Origin: Bdellovibrio sp. ZAP7
Lineage (GTDB): Bacteria; Bdellovibrionota; UBA1018; CAIMNF01
Direction: 5' to 3'
DNA length: 64,000 bases
NCBI GenBank assembly: GCA_945874535.1
Contig: CAMCGZ010000002.1
Location: forward strand, 73,585-137,584
In this document: piece by piece, positions 18,726-27,921 of the stretch
How positions within the stretch are numbered: the stretch's first letter is position 1
How the letters are laid out: each line of letters begins with the position of its first letter
The notes under the pieces: model-generated
Databases searched by the model: none
What the model was told of the DNA's origin: nothing
What the model saw: the letters and a program-made list of their open reading frames with translations, nothing else
Made by a program: the position numbers and the translations under genes

Positions 18726-19880
18726 TCAGAACATGTACTTCTTGTTCGCTATGTTGACGAGGATGGCCACTCCGCTCATGGCGGTGAGCAAGGCCGAGCC
18801 TCCGTAACTCATGAAGGGAAGCGGAACCCCTACGATCGGAAGCATGCCCATGACCATTCCCATGTTCACAAACACGTGCCAGAAGAAAATCGAGACGATT
18901 CCGAAGGCGAGTAATGAGGCGAATTTATCGTTCGATTGATAGGCGACCGAAAGCCCGCTCATGATGAACAGGCCGTACAGGAGCAGGAGCACGGAACAGC
19001 CGATGAACCCCCATTCCTCACTGAAGACCGAGAAGATGAAGTCGGTGTGGTGCTCGGGCAGGAAGTTCAGGTGGGCCTGGGTTCCTTTTTTGAAACCCTT
19101 GCCCCAAAGCTGGCCCGAGCCTACGGCGATCATCGACTGGATGGAGTTGTACCCCGCACCTTTCGGATCGCTCATCGGATCGATGAAGGTGACGATCCGC
19201 TGGCGCTGGTAGGGCTTGAGGCCGTAATTGTAAACGACTGGAAGCGAGATCGCAGCCACCACAGAGAGCAAAAGCAAGATCTTGGGTTGGATCCTGAGGA
19301 AAAGCAGCATCGATCCGTAGACGAGAAGGATGATCATGGCGGTTCCAAGATCCGGCTGGACGATGATGAACGACACCGGAATGACCACGAACAGACTCGG
19401 GACAATCAAATCGGTCAGCTTCAGTCCCTGGGTGGTGTTCTTGTTCTCGAAATACTTGGCGAGGAAGATCACCATCGAGAGTTTCATGAGCTCGGACGGC
19501 TGGAGGCTGAATCCTCCGAGGTTGATCCAGCGTTTGGCACCGAGGGAGGATTTACCGAACGCGAGCACCGCGATGAGGAGTCCCATGTTGCCGATGTAAA
19601 TCAGGTAGGCAAGGCGGGAAAGGAAGCTGTAGTGGGGGAATTGGAGAATCAGGGTCACCACCGTGCCGAGGCCGATCGATACGGCCTGGTTCTTCCAGAG
19701 GCCCAGTGACTTGTCTTCCACCCCGGTGGCGCTCAGAAGGTTCATCATCCCGACCGAGAGAATGACGATCTCGAGAATCAGAGGGATCCACTTCAGCCAC
19801 TTGAACTCTTCTTCATAAGATGAAGTCCGGTTCGGGTCGAAGGTCTGGTCGAGATTGGTCTCCATCGAGGTATAGGTCAT
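18726..19880 (-). CDS. rodA: SEDS-family peptidoglycan glycosyltransferase RodA
   Basis: FtsW/RodA family polytopic membrane protein; directly downstream of PBP2 in an mreC-mreD-mrdA-rodA arrangement. Confidence 0.8.
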   Translation of the reverse strand: MTYTSMETNLDQTFDPNRTSSYEEEFKWLKWIPLILEIVILSVGMMNLLSATGVEDKSLGLWKNQAVSIGLGTVVTLILQFPHYSFLSRLAYLIYIGNMGLLIAVLAFGKSSLGAKRWINLGGFSLQPSELMKLSMVIFLAKYFENKNTTQGLKLTDLIVPSLFVVIPVSFIIVQPDLGTAMIILLVYGSMLLFLRIQPKILLLLSVVAAISLPVVYNYGLKPYQRQRIVTFIDPMSDPKGAGYNSIQSMIAVGSGQLWGKGFKKGTQAHLNFLPEHHTDFIFSVFSEEWGFIGCSVLLLLYGLFIMSGLSVAYQSNDKFASLLAFGIVSIFFWHVFVNMGMVMGMLPIVGVPLPFMSYGGSALLTAMSGVAILVNIANKKYMF

Positions 19881-19883
19881 CGC

Positions 19884-21848
19884 TCATTCCCCTTGATTCA
19901 TCTTGGCCCGTTTGGCTTTTTCGCGTTCCAGTTGCTTACGATCCTGGATGGCCCGGTCGCTGTACAGGTCGGGATAGTATTTCTGGAGATAAGTCTTGAC
20001 CACTTCTCGTGCGATCGGTGCCGCGCCGTGCGAACCGGAGCAGGCGTGTTCCGCCACCACCGCTACGACAATGGATGGATTCTGAATTGGAGCATAACCG
20101 ACAAACACGCCGTGATGCCGTTGGGCGTACCGGAGGTTCTCGCACTTCTGGTAGATCTTGTCGGCCTTCTGGGTGACTACCTGGACGGTTCCGGTTTTTC
20201 CGGCGAACTCCATTCCCGGAATGTGTTGGGAATAGGCCGTACCCCCGGGCATGTTCACCACTCCCCAGAGTCCGTCTGTGACCAGTTTCAGAGTCTCCGG
20301 CTTCAGCTTGGTTTTATCCAGCACCTGGGTGGTGAACTCTTTCAGGGTTTTGCCTTCCTCGCTCTGGATGCTCCGGACCACATGGGGCTTAAAGAGTGTG
20401 CCTCCGTTCACCAGCGCGGCGTAGGCGTTGGCCAGCTGGATGGTTGTGGTGAGCACGAAGCTCTGGCCGATGGCGACGTAGAGAGTCTCACCCGGAGACC
20501 AGGGAACATTGAAACGCTTCTGCTTCCATGCCTCTGTCGGAATCAGGCCCGGGACTTCGCGTCCGAGTTCGATCCCGGTCTTTCTTCCGAGACCGAGGTG
20601 CATGGCGTACTTGGCGATGTCGTCAACGGACTTCAGTTTCTGCGCGACACGGTAGAAAAATACGTCGCAAGAGTGGGTGAGCGCAGAGACGACGTTCACG
20701 CTACCGTGCCCCTCTTTTTTCCAGCAGTGAACCTTGCGGCTCCCGAGACTGATGGATCCGCCGCAATTGAATGTCGTGTCTTGGTCGATCACGCCTTCTT
20801 CGAGGGCTGCGATTGCTGTAATGGTCTTGAAAGTTGACCCCGGTGAATAGTGGTCCTGGATGGTTTTGTCACGAAGAGGATGATTGTCATCCGCGATGAG
20901 CTTCGCCCAGAGGTCTTGCTCGATTCCGCGTGAAAAATCAGCAGGGTCGAAAGATGGACGCGATACCATTGCCAGCACTTCGCCGTTCCGGGGATCGAGA
21001 GCGATCAAGCCTCCGTTTTTCTCTCCGAAGCCTCGAACTGCAGCCATTTGAAGGTCCTGATCGACGGAAAGCACTAGGTTCTTCCCTGGAACGAAAGGCT
21101 CTTCACGGGCCTGGGCCAGGACGCGATCCTTGCGTTTCGAGGGTTCGATACTCCTCCCGAGAGCGTCCACCTCGACCAATTCGGAACCGTCGACTCCGCG
21201 GAGTTGATCCTCGAATTCTTTTTCGAGACCGCTCTTTCCGACATAATCGTCGAGTTGATACTTGCGGTTGGCGACTTTGTTCAGAACCGGGAGTTCGGGT
21301 TGGCTGACCTTGCCGATGTAACCGTAAAGATTCGAGCCGACATCCTGTGCCAGGTTCGAGCGTGAAATCGCCATCTCGACTTCCACGCCAGGCATGTCGA
21401 TTTTCCAGGTCTCGAGTTCGGCCACCTCGTCACGGGTGAGGTTGTCCTTGATCACCACAGGCATGAAGGTCGCCTGGGACTTGGCCTTCTGTAGACGTTT
21501 TTCGATCTCGAACACGGGGAGGTGGATCAGGGATGACAGTTTCGAGAGGACCTCTTTCTGCCTTCCGGATTCGTTCAGGTATTGCGGAGTGATCAACACG
21601 TTGAATGCAGGCCGGTTGTCGACCAGAAGTTTTCCGTGCCGGTCGAAGACCATGCCGCGCGGTGCGGGGATCTTCACACGTTTGATCCGGTTTTCTTCCG
21701 CGTACTGGCGCATTTGTTCGCCGTTGAACACCTGGAGATAGACCATCCGGGAGAGGAGGACGCCGAGGCCGATGAAAAGGATGCCGTAAACAAAACGGAA
21801 CCTTTCCTGGAGATACCGGATCTGTTCTTCGTTTCCGATGAATGCCAT
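19884..21848 (-). CDS. mrdA: Penicillin-binding protein 2 (elongasome transpeptidase)
   Basis: 654 aa; N-terminal TM, dimerisation domain, transpeptidase motifs STFK, SCD(V), KTGT. Confidence 0.85.
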   Translation of the reverse strand: MAFIGNEEQIRYLQERFRFVYGILFIGLGVLLSRMVYLQVFNGEQMRQYAEENRIKRVKIPAPRGMVFDRHGKLLVDNRPAFNVLITPQYLNESGRQKEVLSKLSSLIHLPVFEIEKRLQKAKSQATFMPVVIKDNLTRDEVAELETWKIDMPGVEVEMAISRSNLAQDVGSNLYGYIGKVSQPELPVLNKVANRKYQLDDYVGKSGLEKEFEDQLRGVDGSELVEVDALGRSIEPSKRKDRVLAQAREEPFVPGKNLVLSVDQDLQMAAVRGFGEKNGGLIALDPRNGEVLAMVSRPSFDPADFSRGIEQDLWAKLIADDNHPLRDKTIQDHYSPGSTFKTITAIAALEEGVIDQDTTFNCGGSISLGSRKVHCWKKEGHGSVNVVSALTHSCDVFFYRVAQKLKSVDDIAKYAMHLGLGRKTGIELGREVPGLIPTEAWKQKRFNVPWSPGETLYVAIGQSFVLTTTIQLANAYAALVNGGTLFKPHVVRSIQSEEGKTLKEFTTQVLDKTKLKPETLKLVTDGLWGVVNMPGGTAYSQHIPGMEFAGKTGTVQVVTQKADKIYQKCENLRYAQRHHGVFVGYAPIQNPSIVVAVVAEHACSGSHGAAPIAREVVKTYLQKYYPDLYSDRAIQDRKQLEREKAKRAKMNQGE

Positions 21849-21849
21849 G

Positions 21850-22416
21850 TCAGATCGGCTCCTCGTCGAGGTGGAAGTCGCGTTCGTAGCGGTATTCGGC
21901 GTCCGGACTCTTCAGGGTGCGGTAATCGAAATAGTGCAGGAACCGGAACACGAAGGGAATGAGCAGGCCGTGAGCGATCGAGGTGGGTGCCAGCAGCTGA
22001 AGGGTGTGGAACCACTGATTGTCGGCCTTATCGAGCAGGAACAGCACCAGCAGGATCATGAGCTGGGTCATCAAGGCGGCGCCGATGCCCACCACGACCA
22101 GGGACCTTTTATTGAGGACTTGGAAGTTCCGGTAAAGGAAACGCGCGGTGAGAAACAAGGACATGTAGGTGCAGAGGAAGAGGCCGGCAGGTGCCGCCGA
22201 TTTGATTTCGACCAGGTGACCGAAGGCCAGAGTGAGGAGGCCGCCCTCGAGGAATTCCCGTTTCATCGCCGCCCAAAGCACCAGGAATAAAATGACATCG
22301 GGCTGGAAAAATGCGAGCGAAGGGTTGTTGAACAGGGTTCCTTGAAGCGCGAGGGCGACCAGTGCGAACAGGATCATTCCCGGCAGGTTCAGGAGCTTCA
22401 GCATCCTGGACTTCAT
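21850..22416 (-). CDS. mreD: Rod shape-determining protein MreD
   Basis: 188-aa polytopic membrane protein between mreC and mrdA. Confidence 0.6.
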   Translation of the reverse strand: MKSRMLKLLNLPGMILFALVALALQGTLFNNPSLAFFQPDVILFLVLWAAMKREFLEGGLLTLAFGHLVEIKSAAPAGLFLCTYMSLFLTARFLYRNFQVLNKRSLVVVGIGAALMTQLMILLVLFLLDKADNQWFHTLQLLAPTSIAHGLLIPFVFRFLHYFDYRTLKSPDAEYRYERDFHLDEEPI

Positions 22417-23357
22417 GGACGGGGCTTCCCTTTGGGTGCAGGAGTGGCCTTCGGAGCTGTTTCGATCTTGGAGCCGTCGATCAATTCGACATGGGCGGGT
22501 GCCGCATCGGTCTTCGTGACCACGAGGACTTCTTCGAGTTTCGAAAAGTCCACTGAGGGTTTCACTTCGACCTTTTGGGTGATCCCGAAGGATTTCCGCG
22601 TCACCTTGATGATGGTTCCGACCGGTACGCCTTTCGGGAAGTTTCCGCCGAGACCGCTCGAAAGGAGCAGATCCCCGGGTTGGATGTCATCCACTCGGAG
22701 TGCGAACTTGAGCTGACAGAGTGAATCGGTGAGTCCTTCCACGATGCCTCTGGCTCTCGAGCGCATGATGTAAGCATCGATCGCAGAGAGAGGGTCGAGC
22801 AGGGTCACCACATCCGAGGTGTTCTCGTCCACCCGCAGGATGCGACCGACCACACCTTCGGCGTTCATCACCGCCATGTTCGGCTGAATGCCGCTGTCTT
22901 TACCACGGTTGATGCGGATGGCGCGAAACTCGGTTGAAACGTCTTTGGCGATCATGCGAGCCATCACGGTTTCGATTTTAAAGCTTTCTTTGAATTGGAA
23001 GAGCGAACGCAAACGGATGTTTTCCTGCTCGAGCTCCCTCAGGTTCAGGATGGTGTTGACGAGTTTGCGGTTTTCTTGGATCAGGGAATCGTTCTCGTTA
23101 CGCGTTTTCCAGAGGGCGATGTAATTTTCGTAGAAGGTGACCATCGAGTCGAGAGTCCAGTGGATCGCAATCTCGAACGGTGTGGTGATCGCAAGAGCGA
23201 TCCGGTCGTAGGGACGGTACTCACGCGGCGTCCGGTTGGTGCTGTCGATCGAGAGGACCGGAATCAGCAAAAACAGGAGTAATATCAAGTAAAATCGATA
23301 TTGCTTAATGAGCTTTAGCATTGCAAATATCCTATCTTGTGTTTCAATGGGGTGCAA
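22413..23357 (-). CDS. mreC: Rod shape-determining protein MreC
   Basis: N-terminal TM, coiled coil (…ILNLRELEQENIRLRSL…), C-terminal beta domains …GDLLLSSGLGGNFPKGVPVG…. Confidence 0.8.
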   Translation of the reverse strand: MHPIETQDRIFAMLKLIKQYRFYLILLLFLLIPVLSIDSTNRTPREYRPYDRIALAITTPFEIAIHWTLDSMVTFYENYIALWKTRNENDSLIQENRKLVNTILNLRELEQENIRLRSLFQFKESFKIETVMARMIAKDVSTEFRAIRINRGKDSGIQPNMAVMNAEGVVGRILRVDENTSDVVTLLDPLSAIDAYIMRSRARGIVEGLTDSLCQLKFALRVDDIQPGDLLLSSGLGGNFPKGVPVGTIIKVTRKSFGITQKVEVKPSVDFSKLEEVLVVTKTDAAPAHVELIDGSKIETAPKATPAPKGKPRP

Positions 23358-23369
23358 AAGGATAAATTC

Positions 23370-24479
23370 ATGATCAGTGCGATGCGAAGCAAGTTCGGAC
23401 CTGCCATCATTTTCGGTGTGATGGGCGTGATTGTGGTGGTTTTTGTGTTCTCCGGGATTTTCACCCGGAGCTCACTTTCAGGCGGACCGGGTGTGGCAGG
23501 TGAAGTGAACGGCGAGACCATTCCTTATTCCGAGTTTTCGCGAGCCTTGAATCAGCGGGTGGAGATGTTGAAGGGCATGCTCGGGGGAAAGATCACCGAG
23601 GAGCAAATCGCCCAGTTCCGGATCGCTGAAGCGGTGTTTCAGGACTTGGCCCAGCGCAAGGTCATGATCCAGATGGCTAAAAAAGAGGGGTTCATGCCCT
23701 CTCCGGAGCAGATCCGTGAACAGATCGTCAAGATGGACTCCTTCAAGAAAGACGGTCGTTTTGACAAAATGCAATACAAAGCGGTGTTGGCTGCGAACCA
23801 GTACACCGATGTCCGCTTCGAAGAACTTGTGGCCCAGGACATCATGGAGCAGAACTTCCGTGAGTTTCTCGGACAGCTCGCCCATGTTTCGGATCGTGAA
23901 GTGGAGAGCGAGCTCGCTCGGATGAAGACTCGGGCCAAGTTGAAGTACGTTTACCTCGACAACGAGTCGGTCAGAAAGCTGCTTCCCAAAGAGCTGAAGT
24001 CCGAGGAGCAGGGGAAAGCCTTGAATGCGAAGGTGGCCGAGCTCACCAAAGAGATCGTTCCTGCACTGGGTAAGGGAGCTGATGCCCGGATCAAAGATCT
24101 TCTGAAGGAAGTGAAGATCCAGGCCAAGACCTCCGAATGGCTGAGCCGTGAAACCAATATTATTCCGGGCGTGGGTTCGGTGCGTTCCATCGAAGACCAG
24201 CTTCTGACTTTGAAGAAAGAGGACGGAGTCCGTGAGTTCTCACTCCCTGCCGGGACTTTCATCGCCCAGGCTGTTGCCTCGGAATCGTTCGATCGTTCTA
24301 AATTGACCGAGAAAGATCGCACTGAGACTTTGAAGAAGCTCCAGGGTCAGCGCCAGCAGGCGGTGATGAGCGAGTTTCTCCGCTCTTTCATGAAGAACGC
24401 CAAGGTGAGCCGGAATGATTCCGTGGTCGTCGAAGGCAAGGGTTCTTCTGTTCCGCTCACAGCCGATCTCGGTCAGTGA
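23370..24479 (+). CDS. Periplasmic chaperone, PpiD/SurA N-terminal-domain family (no obvious PPIase catalytic domain)
   Basis: Start at MISAMRSKFGPAIIFGVMGVIVVVF (TM anchor) followed by a SurA_N-like helical domain. Confidence 0.55.
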   Translation: MISAMRSKFGPAIIFGVMGVIVVVFVFSGIFTRSSLSGGPGVAGEVNGETIPYSEFSRALNQRVEMLKGMLGGKITEEQIAQFRIAEAVFQDLAQRKVMIQMAKKEGFMPSPEQIREQIVKMDSFKKDGRFDKMQYKAVLAANQYTDVRFEELVAQDIMEQNFREFLGQLAHVSDREVESELARMKTRAKLKYVYLDNESVRKLLPKELKSEEQGKALNAKVAELTKEIVPALGKGADARIKDLLKEVKIQAKTSEWLSRETNIIPGVGSVRSIEDQLLTLKKEDGVREFSLPAGTFIAQAVASESFDRSKLTEKDRTETLKKLQGQRQQAVMSEFLRSFMKNAKVSRNDSVVVEGKGSSVPLTADLGQ

Positions 24480-25368
24480 TTTCTTTTAGGGTTCCGGTGA
24501 ACCTGAGCCTTTGCTCGAAGGGGATTCCGTGCCCGCAATCCTCCCATTCCTCGAATCGGAGGAGGGGGTGGGCGTATTGTGATTTTTGGGTCTCGTAGTC
24601 CGGCTTGAGCCAGACTTTCGAGCGCTCTCCCCTTAAAAACAGGCAGGGGATTCCATTCTGGAGGGTGCTGCGCAGCCATTCACCGATCGGTGCTTCGTGA
24701 GCCTGATGGATCGTTTGGATCAGGGCTTCATGGTCGAAGGGGAATTCCCACTGTTCGGGTGGCCCGGCCTTCAGTTGAGCCACGGCGGAGAGGTACTGGG
24801 CGATGGCCGGGTCCGGACACTGGCTGAACAGATGCTCCTTCAGGGAGGCTCGGTCCGGGAAACCTCGGGGAAGGCGGGAGATGAATGAGGCCAAGGGTTC
24901 TCCGATGCCTCCACCCCAGGCTGAGCTGATTCCGATGTCGACCGCGAGGAGGCTTTTGATCCGAGAGGGGGCCAGAGAACAAAGCGCGAGGGCCGAGCGG
25001 ACCCCCATCGAGTGGCCGACCAGATGGACCCGGGGCAGGGATTCACGATCGAGGAACTCTAGCAAATCCCGAGCATAATCGAGAGCATGGAAGTGTTTCT
25101 GCTGGTCCTCCGGTACCGGTCGGCTCTGCCCGTGGCCCCGCTGATCGGGGGCGTAGCAGGGGACCCCATCTTCAAGGGAGGCAGCAATGGGTCTCCAGAT
25201 GCGTCCGGTGCCCCCGAGTCCGTGAAGGAACAGGAAAGGAGTCCTCGGAGTGGGGCTTGGACCCCGGTACCACTTAAAAAAGTTCAGGAGCATATTGACC
25301 CATGGTTCTATTCCGTCTAGTGTCGCCCTGCAACTTAAACTGGGGATGCCGGAGCGCGACTTGGACAA
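24457..25368 (-). CDS. Alpha/beta-fold hydrolase
   Basis: …FLFLHGLGGTG… and nucleophile elbow …LVGHSMGV…. Confidence 0.65.
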   Translation of the reverse strand: MSKSRSGIPSLSCRATLDGIEPWVNMLLNFFKWYRGPSPTPRTPFLFLHGLGGTGRIWRPIAASLEDGVPCYAPDQRGHGQSRPVPEDQQKHFHALDYARDLLEFLDRESLPRVHLVGHSMGVRSALALCSLAPSRIKSLLAVDIGISSAWGGGIGEPLASFISRLPRGFPDRASLKEHLFSQCPDPAIAQYLSAVAQLKAGPPEQWEFPFDHEALIQTIHQAHEAPIGEWLRSTLQNGIPCLFLRGERSKVWLKPDYETQKSQYAHPLLRFEEWEDCGHGIPFEQRLRFTGTLKEITDRDRL

Positions 25369-26596
25369 TCTGTTTCAAAATCTCAACCCTGAAACGCAGC
25401 CTAAGGCGGAGTCATTATTCTCCACAGCCGGGCTCGAAGGGCTTTCCACCAAGGAACTCATCCGTCGTGGGAATCTCCGTGTCGAGAAATGTGAACTGCG
25501 GGATGCAGGATCTTATTTTGCGCTGGCTCTCGAGCGCGCCAAGGCCGACCGCGACTACCGGGGCATCAGCGATTCGCTCGCCCAGTTGCTCCGTCATTCC
25601 AGTGAGATCGGAGACGAGGCCGGCATCCAGAAGTGGGTGAGCGAGCTTGAGACCTTCGTGGCCCAGCATTCCGGCAATCTGAGTCCTCAGGCTTGGTACT
25701 GCAAGGGAATCGTCGCCTTCCGGAACGCCCGCTACAAAAAAGCCCAGATCCTGTTTCACCGGTTCTGGAGAGAAGTGGAAGCCGAGGAAAATTCCGTGAA
25801 GAACATGACCCCCGACCTCTATCGGGAGTTCATGCGTTCGAAAGCCCAGGCACTCCTTTCTTTGTCCGTGGTGGCGCAGGCCCAGGGCAAGCTCGGGCGC
25901 GCCCGCTATCTCGGTGAGGTCATCCTCGCTTATGCGGAGAGGGAGCGGCCCCGTGGAATTCTCGCTTCCACCTATCTGATGCTTTGCCGATTGGCCGAAC
26001 GCAGTGGAGATCTGGCGCTCGCCAAGAAGTGGCTCCAGCGGGCGTTTGCCGAATCGGTTTCGGATCACAATTGGTACCATTACCTTTATGTCCTGTACGG
26101 GTTCGCAGTCATCGCCCGTCAGGAGCAGGATTTCGTTCAGGCCCGGTTCTACCTCGATTTGCTCGAGAAGGCTGTGGTCCAGGAGGAATTGAAGAACTTG
26201 AGGCTCGGGATCGCGGAAGAGCGGATGAAGCTCAACCTGAACCGGGTGGATCTCGAGATCGATCTGAACCGGATTCTGGTGAGGACCCGGGAAGGAGAGA
26301 TCAATTTACGACGCCAGCACGTGCTGGTGGAGATCCTCCGTCAGCTGGCATTGGCGCACGGGCGCGACCAGGGTGACGGAAGGCAAGGTTTGTCGAAGGA
26401 GGAGATCGTCGAAAAGGTCTGGAAAGTGAAATACAATCCGGACGCGGACGATGGTCGTTTGTATTACAACATCAACAGGATCAGGAAACTTCTCGAGCCG
26501 GATCCAAGGAAGCCCCAGTATCTCCTCAATTGGAGACAAGGCTACCGTCTGGCACCGGAACTCAAGATCCGTATGATCGAAGGGGAAAACACATGA
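25346..26596 (+). CDS. Transcriptional regulator: N-terminal TPR-like helical domain + C-terminal OmpR/PhoB-type winged-helix DNA-binding domain
   Basis: C-terminus …LSKEEIVEKVWKVKYNPDADDGRLYYNINRIRKLLEPD…LLNWRQGYRL… matches trans_reg_C; no receiver domain. Confidence 0.55.
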   Translation: MPERDLDNLFQNLNPETQPKAESLFSTAGLEGLSTKELIRRGNLRVEKCELRDAGSYFALALERAKADRDYRGISDSLAQLLRHSSEIGDEAGIQKWVSELETFVAQHSGNLSPQAWYCKGIVAFRNARYKKAQILFHRFWREVEAEENSVKNMTPDLYREFMRSKAQALLSLSVVAQAQGKLGRARYLGEVILAYAERERPRGILASTYLMLCRLAERSGDLALAKKWLQRAFAESVSDHNWYHYLYVLYGFAVIARQEQDFVQARFYLDLLEKAVVQEELKNLRLGIAEERMKLNLNRVDLEIDLNRILVRTREGEINLRRQHVLVEILRQLALAHGRDQGDGRQGLSKEEIVEKVWKVKYNPDADDGRLYYNINRIRKLLEPDPRKPQYLLNWRQGYRLAPELKIRMIEGENT

Positions 26597-27036
26597 AACA
26601 CATCATCATGAGCGTCATCGGGCTGATGCTGCTGGCCGGGATTCCGGGAGCAGAGGCACTGGCGAACAATCCGGGCAACGGATGCGTCATTCCTAAAGTG
26701 GATGGAGAACGGATTCCGTTTCCGCTCCGCAAGGCCAACACCAAGTTTGAACTCGCTGAGAACGAGACTTACCTCCTGAACGGGACCATCGTTTCGCGTG
26801 GCGGACGGAGTTTCTTCAAGGTGGATTTCAACAGCCAGCCTTGGCTGGCCACCGAGCGCATGCTCCAGAATCCGTACTTCCCGGTCGACGATTCGACGAT
26901 CTCGGTAGGGCAGCACAACGGTCGCCTGGTCCAATTGGCGGTCGTGGCTCACATGAACGATCAGAGCAATCAGATCGAGGGAAGCACGCCGCTCAAGCTC
27001 GTGCCGATCCTCCCTGCGACTCCGATCCGGTATTGA
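26594..27036 (+). CDS. Small secreted hypothetical protein
   Basis: Start MKHIIMSVIGLMLLAGIPGAEALA (signal peptide); overlaps the upstream stop. Confidence 0.4.
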
Positions 27037-27147
27037 TTCGGGGGACGATCCGTCCCGCATGATTTCAGAATGGCCCTGCCGGCGATGCCGGCGGGGCTTT
27101 TTATTTGTGAGGAATCCGGCACGGACCTTGTACAGATCTGCTGTGCC

Positions 27148-27921
27148 ATGATTGAACACCATCACAGTCTCTCGAACCAGGAAGTCATTCTGATCACAGG
27201 TGCCGGATCCGGCATCGGAAGGGCCACGGCCCTGTTATTTGCGCGGGAGGGGTATCGGGTGGTCGTCGCTGATCGTTCCGAGGCCAGCGGAGTCGCCACC
27301 GCACGCGAGGTCGAGGCCTCTGGGGGCACAGCCCTTTTCATCCGGTGTGATGTGACCCGTGAGACCGATGTCCAGCTTCTGGTCGGGAGGACTCTCGAGT
27401 CCTTCGGTCGGATCGATTGCGCATTCAATAATGCGGGAGTCGAAGGGCGGAGCACCGGCCTGCCCCACACGACTGACTCGGACTGGGATGATGTGATCGG
27501 GACCAATTTGAAGGGAGTCTGGCTCTGCATGAAGTACCAGATTCCGGCCATGCAAAAACAGGGGAAGGGGGCCATCGTCAACTGCTCCTCCGTTGCGGGG
27601 TTGGTGGGTGTGAGCGAGAGCGCTCTTTATTCGGCAAGTAAACACGGGGTCATCGGTCTTACCGAAAGTGCCGCCCTGGAGTTCGCGCGGGCCGGAATCC
27701 GGATCAATGCGGTTTGTCCCGGCCCAGTCCAGACACCGATGATCGACCGTTACACCCGTGGAGATGAGGGCAAGAGGCAGAGTCTGGTCACCGCCGAGCC
27801 GATGGGCCGGATCGCCGTAGCGGGTGAGGTGGCCGATGCGGTTTTCTGGCTGTGTTCTGACCGATCGAGCTTCATCACCGGTGTTTCATTGCCGGTGGAT
27901 GGGGGCTGGCTGATCGGATGA
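27148..27921 (+). CDS. Short-chain dehydrogenase/reductase (SDR)
   Basis: TGAGSGIGRA NAD(P)-binding motif, NNAG, and catalytic YSASK. Confidence 0.8.
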   Translation: MIEHHHSLSNQEVILITGAGSGIGRATALLFAREGYRVVVADRSEASGVATAREVEASGGTALFIRCDVTRETDVQLLVGRTLESFGRIDCAFNNAGVEGRSTGLPHTTDSDWDDVIGTNLKGVWLCMKYQIPAMQKQGKGAIVNCSSVAGLVGVSESALYSASKHGVIGLTESAALEFARAGIRINAVCPGPVQTPMIDRYTRGDEGKRQSLVTAEPMGRIAVAGEVADAVFWLCSDRSSFITGVSLPVDGGWLIG

